Shown here in pieces: positions 17,736 through 27,211 of a DNA stretch of 55,716 bases. The stretch's first letter is position 1; every line of letters starts with the position of its first letter. Source of the DNA: Patescibacteria group bacterium. Lineage in GTDB: Bacteria; Patescibacteriota; Patescibacteriia; UBA1558; GWA2-36-10. The notes under the pieces were generated by a model. That model made no database searches and was not told the origin of the DNA. It saw only the letters and a program-made list of their open reading frames with translations. The position numbers and the translations under genes were made by a program. The stretch spans positions 1 to 55,716 of the forward strand of contig JBAYIR010000007.1 of assembly GCA_041665505.1 (NCBI GenBank), in the 5' to 3' direction.

Positions 17736-18227
17736 CTAGAAGTCGAACTCTCCGGCGCCGGAGAGGCTGCTGCCCTCTTCCGGACCATCGATCTCGTCGC
17801 CTCCGTCGTCGTCGAGATGATCGCTCATCTGTCTGGCACTGGGGTCCAAGAGGGAGAGTTGGGGATTCTTTTTCGGACCATCGATCTCGTCGCCTCCGTC
17901 GTCGTCGAGTGGCCGACCCATCTCGCTTGCGCTGAAGAATTTGTTCAGGGCCGGTACTTCCGTGTCGAGCCGGAGGTTGTTCATCTTGAGAGCCAGCAGA
18001 ATGTGGCCCAGGTCGATCGGCTCGGGACAGAAGATCTCGAGGTAGGGTTTGGCCTGCGGTAGGCCAGGAACAGCCTGGAACACCTGGGACGAGAAGAGGG
18101 TGATGACAGCGTCATCTCGGAGGCGCAGTTCTTGAACCACACGGCAGATGACACTGAGCACCCATTCCCTGAGGGTAATGACCTCGATGGTATTGCCACC
18201 GAGACCATGTAGTTTGAAGTTGGGCAC
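17736..18227 (-). CDS. island ORF B2: hypothetical protein with acidic repeat tail (163 aa, GTG start)
   Basis: SD AAGGAAGGAG 5 nt before the GTG at 18227, which is 17 nt after the B3 stop. The C-terminus carries LDDDGGDEIDGP twice. Confidence 0.55.
   Translation of the reverse strand: MPNFKLHGLGGNTIEVITLREWVLSVICRVVQELRLRDDAVITLFSSQVFQAVPGLPQAKPYLEIFCPEPIDLGHILLALKMNNLRLDTEVPALNKFFSASEMGRPLDDDGGDEIDGPKKNPQLSLLDPSARQMSDHLDDDGGDEIDGPEEGSSLSGAGEFDF
17781..17909. repeat. two perfect 36-bp direct repeats inside B2
   Basis: 17781-17816 equals 17874-17909, a 93-nt in-frame offset. Confidence 0.9.
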
Positions 18228-18244
18228 GTCGACTCCTTCCTTGT

Positions 18245-18853
18245 CTAGAACTCCGCGATCCACGCGGTGAACCACTCGTCCGGACGATCGACATTGACCG
18301 TCAGAACGATTTTGCAGGTGCTCAAGTGCTTGAGCGGCGCACAGTTGTAGTACATTCCCAAGAAGATCTGCCGGGAGCTGGTCTCGCTCAGGCGGGTCTC
18401 GTTGAAGACCCCCAGGCGGGATTTTCCCAACTTGATCTGTTGGCGCAGGAGCCCGCTGTCGGACGACTGGTCGGTAGACCATTGGCCGAGGTTGTAGCTC
18501 TGCCAGACCAGACCGCGTCCCAGTGGCAGTGCGAAATCCAGTTCACCGGAAACGAAGCGGATCTTCTCCGCGCCGTCAACCGTGGACCAGGTCGGGCCAG
18601 CACCGACTTCGAACTTGTCGAAGCCGGGCACAGAGGTAGCGTAGCGAATCAGGACGTTCGACTGCTCGCCCGTGACGAACCAAGGATGGATCATCCAGCT
18701 GTCGCTGAGGTAGTAGTCGGCGAAGAACACGATCGGGATGTCGGAGCGGAGCTCCAGTCCGAAGGCATTGTCGCCAGCCATGGCCGGCTGGACGCTGATG
18801 ATGGTGAAGAGCACCAAGGCGAGGAGTAGTGAGTAGATGTTCTTGGAGCGCAT
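18245..18853 (-). CDS. island ORF B3: secreted beta-barrel-like protein ending in Phe (202 aa)
   Basis: SD GGAAGGAAAG, signal peptide ...VQPAMA/GD, alternating beta-strand-like pattern and C-terminal ...FTAWIAEF. Confidence 0.6.
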   Translation of the reverse strand: MRSKNIYSLLLALVLFTIISVQPAMAGDNAFGLELRSDIPIVFFADYYLSDSWMIHPWFVTGEQSNVLIRYATSVPGFDKFEVGAGPTWSTVDGAEKIRFVSGELDFALPLGRGLVWQSYNLGQWSTDQSSDSGLLRQQIKLGKSRLGVFNETRLSETSSRQIFLGMYYNCAPLKHLSTCKIVLTVNVDRPDEWFTAWIAEF

Positions 18854-19019
18854 GACTTTCCTTCCGGTGAGTGGACCTCTTTGGCCTGTTCAAATGTCTT
18901 CTAAGAAGTCACTTGAATTTGGCCGCTTACTTATCTATCGCCAAAGCTTAGCTACAGACGCTGCTTGTTGTCCATTTTTGGACTTGTATAAGGACAAATC
19001 GCACGGATTTTAACATTTT

Positions 19020-19048
19020 AAAGTAACATAGTTTATTGATTTTGTCAA
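19020..19048 (-). promoter_or_regulatory. promoter of the B3-B2-B1 operon
   Basis: On the minus strand: TTGACA, 17-nt spacer, TACTTT with a TGn extension. Confidence 0.5.
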
Positions 19049-19098
19049 TGTAGATAAATATGCTTTATTATTGATTTTATGACTTATACTTGTTTATA

Positions 19099-19127
19099 TT
19101 GACAATTTATATATTTTATGATATAAT
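19099..19127 (+). promoter_or_regulatory. divergent consensus promoter of B4
   Basis: TTGACA, 17-nt spacer, TATAAT (perfect consensus). Confidence 0.7.
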
Positions 19128-19197
19128 AATATATTAAGTTCAGAGTCCCGAGTTGATAAACCGGCCAAGCAATTGGCCTTAGACAGAGGAGATACTC

Positions 19198-19422
19198 ATG
19201 ATCCGTTCACTCAAGACCATTTTCAGCCCTTTCCGGCTGGTCTACGCCGGTGCTTCTCTCTGCCTCTACAACAGAGAGGCACATCGGAGCAAGATGGCCC
19301 AGCTGGCCGAAGGTGAACGCCTCTTCACCGAGGTGCTGGTTGGCGGCTTCATCACCGCCCTGATGGTCATCACCATCGTTTTCGCCAGTCGCTACATCGC
19401 GGCCGGCAGTATCTTGGTCTAG
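19198..19422 (+). CDS. island ORF B4: small protein with C-terminal TM helix (74 aa)
   Basis: SD GAGGAG 6 nt upstream, with its own promoter and terminator. Confidence 0.55.
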   Translation: MIRSLKTIFSPFRLVYAGASLCLYNREAHRSKMAQLAEGERLFTEVLVGGFITALMVITIVFASRYIAAGSILV

Positions 19423-19449
19423 GCCTGGCTCACGAGCTAGACCTGACCG

Positions 19450-19484
19450 GCCCCGGATCTGCGCAGATCCGGGGCTAGTTTTTT
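19450..19484 (+). terminator. island B right-hand terminator
   Basis: 13-bp perfect palindrome gccccggatctgc/gcagatccggggc followed by T6. Confidence 0.75.
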
Positions 19485-19567
19485 GTTTAAGAAAAAGCCA
19501 AAATTATTTTTTGCTTTGTCTATTTTCAAAAAGGGAGTAAAATATACTTATAATTTAAAATAAAGCT

Positions 19568-20557
19568 ATGGACAAAAATTTATTAAACAATTTACACAAA
19601 GACGCCGCTGCTAATATTTTGACGGATAAAGTACCTGTAGTCAGTCCAGAAAATACTATTCGCACAGTAGAGGAATATTTGCTCAAAAATGTTAGGAAGT
19701 TGGATTCTATAAATTATGTTTATGTGCTTAGCAAAACAGGCCTACTCAAAGGCGCTTTGTCTATTAAAGAAATTTTCCGACAGCCAAAAAATAGCAATAT
19801 TTCAGAAGTCATGGTCAAAGAGCTGATTACAGCTCATCCCCATACTGATCGGGAAAGAGTAGCTTATTTGGCTTTAAAAAATAATCTAAAGGCCATACCA
19901 GTTATAGATAAAGATGGTAAATTTTTGGGTGCAGTTTTGAGTGATACTATTTTAAATACTCTTTATCAAGAATCCCAAGAGGATATTTTGCACTTTGCCG
20001 GTGTAGGTCATCATAAAATTAATATAGATGATGTCACTTCTATGTCTTTAGTGGCTTCCTTAAAACACCGTTTGCCATGGTTGGTGCTTGGTCTAGTGGG
20101 AGGTATTTTGGCTGCTCAAGTTATTGCTTTATTTGAAACTACTTTATCAGAAAATATCATCTTGGCTGCTTTTATTCCTTTGGTGGTTTATATGGCTAGT
20201 GCGGTTGGGACACAAATTGGATTTTTTATCATCAGAGATTTGGCTATAAACCCAAAAATTAAATTTTTAATTTATTCTTTACGCCAATTTAGGGTTATAT
20301 TTTTTCTGGGCATAATTATAAGCATATTAATTTTTGCAGCGACTTTACTTTTTTACGGAAATTTATTATTAGCTTTTGTTTTGGGTTTAGCTATGTTTTT
20401 GGCTATTTTATCTTCTATTATCACTGGCTTATTTATTCCTTATGCTTTTAGTCGTTTACGTTTTGATCCAGCTAATGCTAGCGGTCCAATTGCTACTATT
20501 GTTCAAGATTTGACTAGTGTTACTATTTATCTTTTGGTAGCTAAGTGGCTGTTATAA
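19568..20557 (+). CDS. mgtE: magnesium transporter MgtE (short form)
   Basis: CBS pair followed by a 5-TM MgtE membrane domain (PIATIVQDLTSV). Confidence 0.75.
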   Translation: MDKNLLNNLHKDAAANILTDKVPVVSPENTIRTVEEYLLKNVRKLDSINYVYVLSKTGLLKGALSIKEIFRQPKNSNISEVMVKELITAHPHTDRERVAYLALKNNLKAIPVIDKDGKFLGAVLSDTILNTLYQESQEDILHFAGVGHHKINIDDVTSMSLVASLKHRLPWLVLGLVGGILAAQVIALFETTLSENIILAAFIPLVVYMASAVGTQIGFFIIRDLAINPKIKFLIYSLRQFRVIFFLGIIISILIFAATLLFYGNLLLAFVLGLAMFLAILSSIITGLFIPYAFSRLRFDPANASGPIATIVQDLTSVTIYLLVAKWLL

Positions 20558-20720
20558 TTATTTTTTATTTTAAATAAATATATTATTTATTTTAAACCCA
20601 AGCGGACAGATCCTTTGGGTTTTTAATTTTTACTGGGTTGACTTTTGGCTTTAAAAGTGGGAAAATTAAGCAATATTTTTAGGCCTTTAGCTAAGAAATT
20701 TAAGTATTTATTATAAAAGT

Positions 20721-22001
20721 ATGAAGATAAAATCAATCTCTGCTCTAGAAATTTTGGATAGTCGCTCCAATCCCACTATTGAAGCCACTGTAGTTTTGGA
20801 AGATGGCTCTTGTGGTTCAGCCGCTGTACCATCTGGGGCATCGACTGGTAGCTATGAAGCAGTAGAACTACGTGATGGTGATATAAAGCGTTACAATGGC
20901 CTAGGAGTTTTAAAAGCTATTGCTAATATTGAAAGCAAAATTGCCCCAGCTTTGATTGGTCAGGAGGCCTCCGAGCAAAACGAGATTGATAAAATAATGA
21001 TTGAGCTAGATGCTACAGAGAACAAAGCTAATTTGGGAGCCAATGCCATCTTGGCCGTATCTCTGGCTACTGCTCGCGCTCAAGCTGTCTCAGAAAAAAA
21101 ACCACTGTATCAATATTTAGCCAAATTCAATCCAGATTTTGATGGCAATTATTATTTGCCACTGCCGATGATGAATATTATGAACGGTGGTAAACACGCC
21201 AACTGGGCCACTGATATTCAGGAGTATATGATCCTGCCTATTGGCGCCAAAAATATTACTGAAGCCGTCAGGATGTGTGCCGAAATTTATTTTCAGCTAA
21301 AGAAAACTCTAAAAAATAAAAATTATCAAATCAGTGTCGGAGACGAAGGTGGTTTTGCCCCCGCTGTAAAATCAAATAGCGAAGCTTTTGAGCTGATGTC
21401 AGAAGCAGTTACTAGCGCTGGCTACCAGCTAGGTCAAGATATTGTCTTTGGTATTGATGCTGCTGCCACTGAGTTCTACAAAGATGGTATGTATGAACTA
21501 AAAAAAGAAGCCAAAACTATCAGTAGTGTTGAGCTCAGTGATTTTTATCTTGGTATTATGGAAAAATATCCAATAAAAACTTTGGAAGATATTTTTAGTG
21601 AAGATGATTGGCAGGGTTTTGAAAATTTCTTGGCTAAGACAAACAATCAAGTCCAAATTGTCGGGGATGATTTGTATGTCACCAATATCAAGCGACTAGA
21701 AAAAGGTATAGCTCAAAAATCTTCCAATTCAATTTTGATAAAATTAAATCAAATCGGCACACTAAGTGAAACAATTGAAGCAATTTTACTATCTAGAAAA
21801 AATAATATGACCGCTGTCATATCTCATCGTAGTGGAGAAACAGAGGATGACTTTATCGCTGATTTGGCTACAGCTATGGGTACAGGGCAGATAAAAACTG
21901 GCGCGCCAGCTAGAAGCGAGCGCACAGTCAAATACAATCGTTTGCTAAAAATTGAAAAAGAATTAGGTGCTAAAGCTATTTTGAAAAAATTCCCTTTTTA
22001 A
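20721..22001 (+). CDS. eno: enolase
   Basis: Canonical enolase motifs ([31 protein letters not shown]). Confidence 0.97.
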   Translation: MKIKSISALEILDSRSNPTIEATVVLEDGSCGSAAVPSGASTGSYEAVELRDGDIKRYNGLGVLKAIANIESKIAPALIGQEASEQNEIDKIMIELDATENKANLGANAILAVSLATARAQAVSEKKPLYQYLAKFNPDFDGNYYLPLPMMNIMNGGKHANWATDIQEYMILPIGAKNITEAVRMCAEIYFQLKKTLKNKNYQISVGDEGGFAPAVKSNSEAFELMSEAVTSAGYQLGQDIVFGIDAAATEFYKDGMYELKKEAKTISSVELSDFYLGIMEKYPIKTLEDIFSEDDWQGFENFLAKTNNQVQIVGDDLYVTNIKRLEKGIAQKSSNSILIKLNQIGTLSETIEAILLSRKNNMTAVISHRSGETEDDFIADLATAMGTGQIKTGAPARSERTVKYNRLLKIEKELGAKAILKKFPF

Positions 22002-22003
22002 AT

Positions 22004-23509
22004 ATGAAAAATAAAGTAATTTTAATAATTTGTGACGGCTTGGGCTATAGTCAGGCTACAGAACACAATGCTATTTACACAGCTAAGACTCCAAATCTAG
22101 ACTCTTTTCAGGCCAAGTATCCTTTTGCTATATTAGAGGCAGCCGGAGAGGCTATAGGACTGCCAGAAGGGCAAATGGGCACATCAGAGGCCAATCACTT
22201 AGTAATTGGCTCCGGTCGGATAATTTACCAAAATCTAGTCAAGATAAACAAGGCGGCCAAAAATAAAGAGATAGAAACCAATCCAGCCATCTTGGAAGCT
22301 TTTGCGCATGTCAAAGAGCATCAGAGCTCTCTGCATATCAAAGGTATAATTAGCGATGGCGGAGTGCATGGCCACGTGGAGCATTTAAAAGCTTTGATCT
22401 TAGCAGCCAAAGCTCACGGGGTAGCCAAAGTATTTTTGCATTTATTTACTGATGGTCGTGATGTGGCTCCGCAAAGTGCCAAAGGATATATCACTGAGCT
22501 AGAAGATTTTTTGCAGTCTGAAGGACTGGGGAAAATTGCTTCGCTGGGTGGTCGCTACTGGGGTATGGATAGAGACAACAATCATGATAGAATAGAAAAA
22601 CATTTTTTGGTAATGACCAAAGGCTCAGCTTTGAAATTTAAAACTGCTCACGATATTATTGAACACAATTATCAGGCCGGAAATTTTGATGAATTTATTG
22701 AGCCAGCTTCTATAGAATTTGAAGAAGAATCAGAAGGACTTATCGCTGCCAACGATGCGGTGATTTTTGCCAACTTCCGAGCAGACAGAGCCAGACAAAT
22801 TACCAAAAGAATCTTGGCCGAAAAAATAGACAACTTAAAATATGTCTCAATGACTAAGTATGACGATGATATTGATGTCCGAGTAGCCTATGAGCCAGAG
22901 GAAATCAGTCATTGTCTGTCAGAAGTAGTATCAAGTCATGGACTCAAACAATTAAAAGTCACTGAAACAGAAAAATTTTCGCATTTAACTTTTTTCTTTA
23001 ATGCTCAAAAATACGAAGCTTTTGAAAGTGAAGATAGGATAATGATAGATAGCAACAAAGATATTGCTACCCATGATGAGAAACCAGAAATGAAAGCCAA
23101 AGAAATTGCTAGTGCAGTGGTGCAAGCTATCAAAGATGATAAATATGATTTTATCGCTGTCAATTTGACCAACTGCGATATGGTCGGACACTCTGGTAAT
23201 TTTCCCGCTATTGTCCAAGCAGTGGAAGCAGTCGATACTGCACTGGGTGAAATAGCTCAGGCTTCGCTAGAGCAGGGCTATCAGCTACTGATCAGCGCTG
23301 ACCATGGCAATGCTGAAGAAACATATGACCCCAAGATAAATCAGCGGATGACTGCTCATACTCTGAATCCAGTGCCATTTTATCTAGTTTCTGATAAGTA
23401 CAATAGTATCAATCGATCTTCTGGCAACCTAAGCGATATCGCTCCCACTATCTTAAACATTTTAGATTTGGATATTCCCAAAGAAATGACTGGTCAGTCA
23501 TTAATATAA
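22004..23509 (+). CDS. gpmI: 2,3-bisphosphoglycerate-independent phosphoglycerate mutase
   Basis: ILIICDGLG, TSEANH, DGGVHGH and ADHGNAE motifs. Confidence 0.93.
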   Translation: MKNKVILIICDGLGYSQATEHNAIYTAKTPNLDSFQAKYPFAILEAAGEAIGLPEGQMGTSEANHLVIGSGRIIYQNLVKINKAAKNKEIETNPAILEAFAHVKEHQSSLHIKGIISDGGVHGHVEHLKALILAAKAHGVAKVFLHLFTDGRDVAPQSAKGYITELEDFLQSEGLGKIASLGGRYWGMDRDNNHDRIEKHFLVMTKGSALKFKTAHDIIEHNYQAGNFDEFIEPASIEFEEESEGLIAANDAVIFANFRADRARQITKRILAEKIDNLKYVSMTKYDDDIDVRVAYEPEEISHCLSEVVSSHGLKQLKVTETEKFSHLTFFFNAQKYEAFESEDRIMIDSNKDIATHDEKPEMKAKEIASAVVQAIKDDKYDFIAVNLTNCDMVGHSGNFPAIVQAVEAVDTALGEIAQASLEQGYQLLISADHGNAEETYDPKINQRMTAHTLNPVPFYLVSDKYNSINRSSGNLSDIAPTILNILDLDIPKEMTGQSLI

Positions 23510-23521
23510 ATAAATATAAAT

Positions 23522-24955
23522 ATGAGAAAAAAGCAAACAAAAATCGTCGCTACTATTGGTCGCAAATCTGACCCAAAGTTTATCACTGACTTAAACGAAG
23601 CCGGAGTAGATGTCATGCGTTTAAATACTGCCCATCAAGATAAAAAAGAATCTTTGAAGGTGATAAACAATATCAGGAAAGTTTCTGATCGTTTGGCTAT
23701 TTTGATAGACACCAAAGGCCCAGAAATCAGAGTTACTCAAATAGACGAGGATTTGAGCTATCAAACAGGGGATATAGTCAAAATGGCTGGCACTGCTCTT
23801 AGCTTAAAATCCAGCCGAGACAAAATCTATGTAAATTATGCTAATTTCCATAAAGATATGCCTATTAATGCTGTTATATTTATTGATGATGGCAAAATGG
23901 GATTAAAAATAAAAAAGAAAAATTCAGATTATCTGATTTGTGAGGTTATAAACAATGGCTTTATCAAATCACATAAAAGCGTCAATGTGCCAGGAGTGCA
24001 TATTGATTTGCCGACTTTGAGTAAAAAAGATAAAGACTATGTAAATTTTGCCATTAAACACAAAATTGATTTTATTGCCCATTCTTTTGTCAGAAACAAA
24101 GAGGACATCATCAGTATTCAAAAGATTTTGAATAAATATAAAAGTCCGATAAAAATAATTGCTAAAATTGAAAATGTAGAAGGTGTCAAAAATTTTGATG
24201 AAATACTAGAGCACGCTCATGGCATTATGATTGCTCGTGGTGACCTAGGTATAGAAATAGCCGCTGAAGAAATCCCCCTGATTCAAAAAGAAATCATCCG
24301 AAAATGTATTGCCAGCCACAAGCCAGTCATAGTCGCTACGCAGATGCTCCAGTCTATGGTCAATAATCCTCGTCCGACTCGGGCTGAGGTCAGTGATGTG
24401 GCCAATGCTGTCATAGACGGTGCTGATGCCGTCATGCTGTCAGAGGAAAGTGCCAATGGCAACTACCCCATAGAAGCAGTGGAAATAATGTCTAGGATTG
24501 TCCGCCGAGTGGAAGCTAGTAGTGAAGAATATAGCTATGGTAATTTGCCAATCCTAAAAAGCAAAAATAGCGTCGCCAACTATCTGATCAAAGCGGCTAT
24601 TGATGCTACCAAGGATTTGGATATTTCAGAAATTATTATGGCTTCATCTAGCAGTTTTACAGCCGAGGTAATTGCCGCTCACAGGGGGCGCATACCAGTA
24701 TTTGTAAAATGCTTTGACAAGACAGTGGCTCGTCAGCTGGCTTTGACTTATGGTATCAATGCTCACTACGTCAAAAAAGAAGAAAACCACAAAAAATTTA
24801 TTACTGATTTATTTAGGTATTTAGTCAAAACGGGGAGATTAAAAGCTCAGGACAAAGTCATATTTTTGGCTAGTGATATAAATATCGGAGGAGAAGCCAA
24901 TTTTATGGAAATATGCGAAGTTGGTAAATATCTGGCCAATAAGACTAAAAAATAG
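23522..24955 (+). CDS. pyk: pyruvate kinase
   Basis: TKIVATIG, MRLNTAH, IARGDLGIEI and MLSEESA motifs. Confidence 0.95.
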   Translation: MRKKQTKIVATIGRKSDPKFITDLNEAGVDVMRLNTAHQDKKESLKVINNIRKVSDRLAILIDTKGPEIRVTQIDEDLSYQTGDIVKMAGTALSLKSSRDKIYVNYANFHKDMPINAVIFIDDGKMGLKIKKKNSDYLICEVINNGFIKSHKSVNVPGVHIDLPTLSKKDKDYVNFAIKHKIDFIAHSFVRNKEDIISIQKILNKYKSPIKIIAKIENVEGVKNFDEILEHAHGIMIARGDLGIEIAAEEIPLIQKEIIRKCIASHKPVIVATQMLQSMVNNPRPTRAEVSDVANAVIDGADAVMLSEESANGNYPIEAVEIMSRIVRRVEASSEEYSYGNLPILKSKNSVANYLIKAAIDATKDLDISEIIMASSSSFTAEVIAAHRGRIPVFVKCFDKTVARQLALTYGINAHYVKKEENHKKFITDLFRYLVKTGRLKAQDKVIFLASDINIGGEANFMEICEVGKYLANKTKK

Positions 24956-24964
24956 CCAAAATTA

Positions 24965-24991
24965 AGCTCCTATTTTATAGGGGCTTTTTTG
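24965..24991 (+). terminator. terminator after pyk
   Basis: Stem agctcct/aggggct followed by T6. Confidence 0.6.
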
Positions 24992-25100
24992 TTTGACTTT
25001 TGAGGCCTAGGGTAGCATAATAAAGGTGAATTTATTTATTAAATAAGTAGAAATATAGTGTTTCCTCCACATACGCTACGGAAACTAACAATATAAATAT

Positions 25101-26651
25101 ATGTCAAAAGTAAACCTAGATGCACTCATTCCACGCGCTGATTTCGAAAGTGCAGGTGCTGATAATTCTTTAAATTATTTTGATAAAATTACGATTAGCA
25201 GTTATCAAACAAATTTATTTTATCCTTTTCTCAGAAAACCAGATTTTCAACGAGAAACAAGCGAATGGGATATTAAAAAAAATTATGATTTTATTAAAAG
25301 TTTTATTGATGGAGATTTAATTCCTTCTATTATTTTATGGAGAAGTCAATCAGGTTTTTATTTTGTTATTGATGGAGCCCATAGATTAAGTGCATTAACT
25401 TCATGGATACTTGATGATTATGGGGATGGTGATGCGTCTTTAAAGTTTTATAATAACGCTATATCCGAAGATCAAAAAGAAATAGCTAATAACGCAAGAA
25501 AATATATCAACAAAAACCTAGGGGCATACAAGGATATAATTGAATCAACAAATAGTAGTAATCCGAATTCCGAGTACATCAAAATTGCAAAAAATCTCGG
25601 AGCACATTCTCTTCAAGTTCAGTGGATTTCTGGTAATGCCAAAAAGGCAGAACAATCTTTTTTTAAGATAAATCAACAGGGGGTCCCGTTAAATAATACG
25701 GAAATAAAATTACTTCAATCGAGAAAAAAAGGAAATTGCATAGCAGCGCGAGCAATTATCAGGGCTGGTAGTGGCCATAAATATTGGTCAGAATTTTCTG
25801 CCGAAAATCAGAAGACGATTCAAGAAATTTCTGAAGAAATCAACAAAATTTTGTTTTCTCCTCCTCTAAAAAGCCCGATAAAGTCGTTAGATTATTTACC
25901 AATAGCTGGTAAAATATCATCTACCCAAGCACTTCCTCTTATATTTGATTTTATTAATATCACGAATGTCATTCCACTTGATTTTAAAGATAAAATTAAT
26001 GATGATTTGAATGGAGAAGAAACACTCAAATATCTTAAAAACGTTCGCAAAATAGCTTGGAGAATTAATAGTGTGCATCCTTCTTCTTTAGGTCTTCATC
26101 CAGCAGTTTATTTTTATTCATCTGACGGAAGACATAAAACCGCATCTTTTTATGCTATAGCTACTTTTATACAGGAACTCGAAAATAAAAATGAATTTAA
26201 TAAGTTTATTAAAGTGCGAGATAAATTTGAAGAATTATTATTAAGTTATGATTATTTGATTCAGGACATTAATAGGCATTATAGACAAGCCATGAAGAGT
26301 TACGTTCATATTAAAGATTTTTACATGGATTGTATAGAAATGCTTGGAGCTGGTGAGACAATCAAGGAAATGATTGAGGGTATTGTTAAAATACCTAAAT
26401 ACAAATATTTAAAAACTTCGCATCCAGCTATAGACATTGTAAAGTCTGGAGAATTTACTAAGGAAAGAAAATCTGCTGTCTTTATTAAAGATGCGTTGAA
26501 AAATGCTACACGCTGTAAAATCTGTAATGGGCATCTTCACGTAAATTCGATTACCATAGACCATATAAATCGCAAAGAGGATGGAGGGTTAGGAAACATA
26601 GACAATGGACAAATAACCCATCCGTATTGCAACACTACCGTAAAAAATTAA
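25101..26651 (+). CDS. ParB/DUF262-like (DGxHR) protein fused to a C-terminal HNH nuclease motif
   Basis: PDFQRE...VIDGAHRLSAL near the N-terminus. C-terminal CKICNGHLHVNSITIDHINRKEDGG...HPYCN. Confidence 0.6.
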   Translation: MSKVNLDALIPRADFESAGADNSLNYFDKITISSYQTNLFYPFLRKPDFQRETSEWDIKKNYDFIKSFIDGDLIPSIILWRSQSGFYFVIDGAHRLSALTSWILDDYGDGDASLKFYNNAISEDQKEIANNARKYINKNLGAYKDIIESTNSSNPNSEYIKIAKNLGAHSLQVQWISGNAKKAEQSFFKINQQGVPLNNTEIKLLQSRKKGNCIAARAIIRAGSGHKYWSEFSAENQKTIQEISEEINKILFSPPLKSPIKSLDYLPIAGKISSTQALPLIFDFINITNVIPLDFKDKINDDLNGEETLKYLKNVRKIAWRINSVHPSSLGLHPAVYFYSSDGRHKTASFYAIATFIQELENKNEFNKFIKVRDKFEELLLSYDYLIQDINRHYRQAMKSYVHIKDFYMDCIEMLGAGETIKEMIEGIVKIPKYKYLKTSHPAIDIVKSGEFTKERKSAVFIKDALKNATRCKICNGHLHVNSITIDHINRKEDGGLGNIDNGQITHPYCNTTVKN

Positions 26652-26744
26652 TCTAAGGTGTTTTGGGCTTGGGCATTCACCCTCTAACCGCCTCTGCACT
26701 GATGTTAAAATTTCAAAGTAAATATAATAATTTATTATAAAAAT

Positions 26745-26963
26745 ATGCAAATTTTAAAAGAGTATTTAATCACTTTTGGTTGGGCTATTACTGGGGCGAT
26801 TTCTATGGCAATTTCGCTTGGAATTTTGGTAAAAGTTTTTTCTTGGATTACTCCTATAAATGAATGGGAAGAAATAAAATCTGGTAATAAATCAGTGGCT
26901 ATGATTTTATCATCAGTGATTTTAGGTACGGCCCTAGTTATTGGGCTTACATTAATGCCATAG
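26745..26963 (+). CDS. DUF350-like small membrane protein
   Basis: 72 aa with two TM helices flanking the EWEEIKSGN motif. Confidence 0.5.
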   Translation: MQILKEYLITFGWAITGAISMAISLGILVKVFSWITPINEWEEIKSGNKSVAMILSSVILGTALVIGLTLMP

Positions 26964-26967
26964 AACT

Positions 26968-27204
26968 ATGAATAAATCTAAATTTTTGTTTTTAATTTTG
27001 CTAGTGGCTAATTTTGTAATATCACCAATAGCCCATGCTCATCCTGGTAGAACAGATACTCAAGGATGTCATACTTGTTATACAAACTGTACAGAAAAAT
27101 GGGGGCTTGAATATAATGAATATCATTGCCATGAGCAGAAAGCTAAAATAAAAACTGAGGCTAGAAAAGAAGCCCGTAAAGAAGCTAGAAATACTAGTAA
27201 ATAA
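26968..27204 (+). CDS. YHYH-domain secreted protein
   Basis: Signal peptide, then HPGRTDTQGCH...EYHCH. Confidence 0.55.
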   Translation: MNKSKFLFLILLVANFVISPIAHAHPGRTDTQGCHTCYTNCTEKWGLEYNEYHCHEQKAKIKTEARKEARKEARNTSK

Positions 27205-27211
27205 TTTTAAT

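Noticed and set aside
17467-17909. CRISPR-like array
   Set aside because: There are only two copies of each repeat, they lie inside coding sequence and in frame, and there are no spacers of uniform length. I saw no CRISPR array anywhere in the window.
17736-18482. Full 248-aa version of the B2 ORF, and the 131-aa version of B1 (17325-17720)
   Set aside because: The N-terminal extensions overlap the 3' end of B3 or run through the intergenic RBS. Internal starts at 18227 (GTG) and 17675 (ATG) have strong SDs at correct spacing and give alignable paralogs.
17541-18829. Plus-strand ORFs 17541-18062, 17675-17935 and 18326-18829, and other alternative-frame ORFs in island B
   Set aside because: They are antisense or off-frame to the SD-preceded operon, have no start signals and are Arg/Gly-rich. 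They look like typical GC-rich shadow ORFs.
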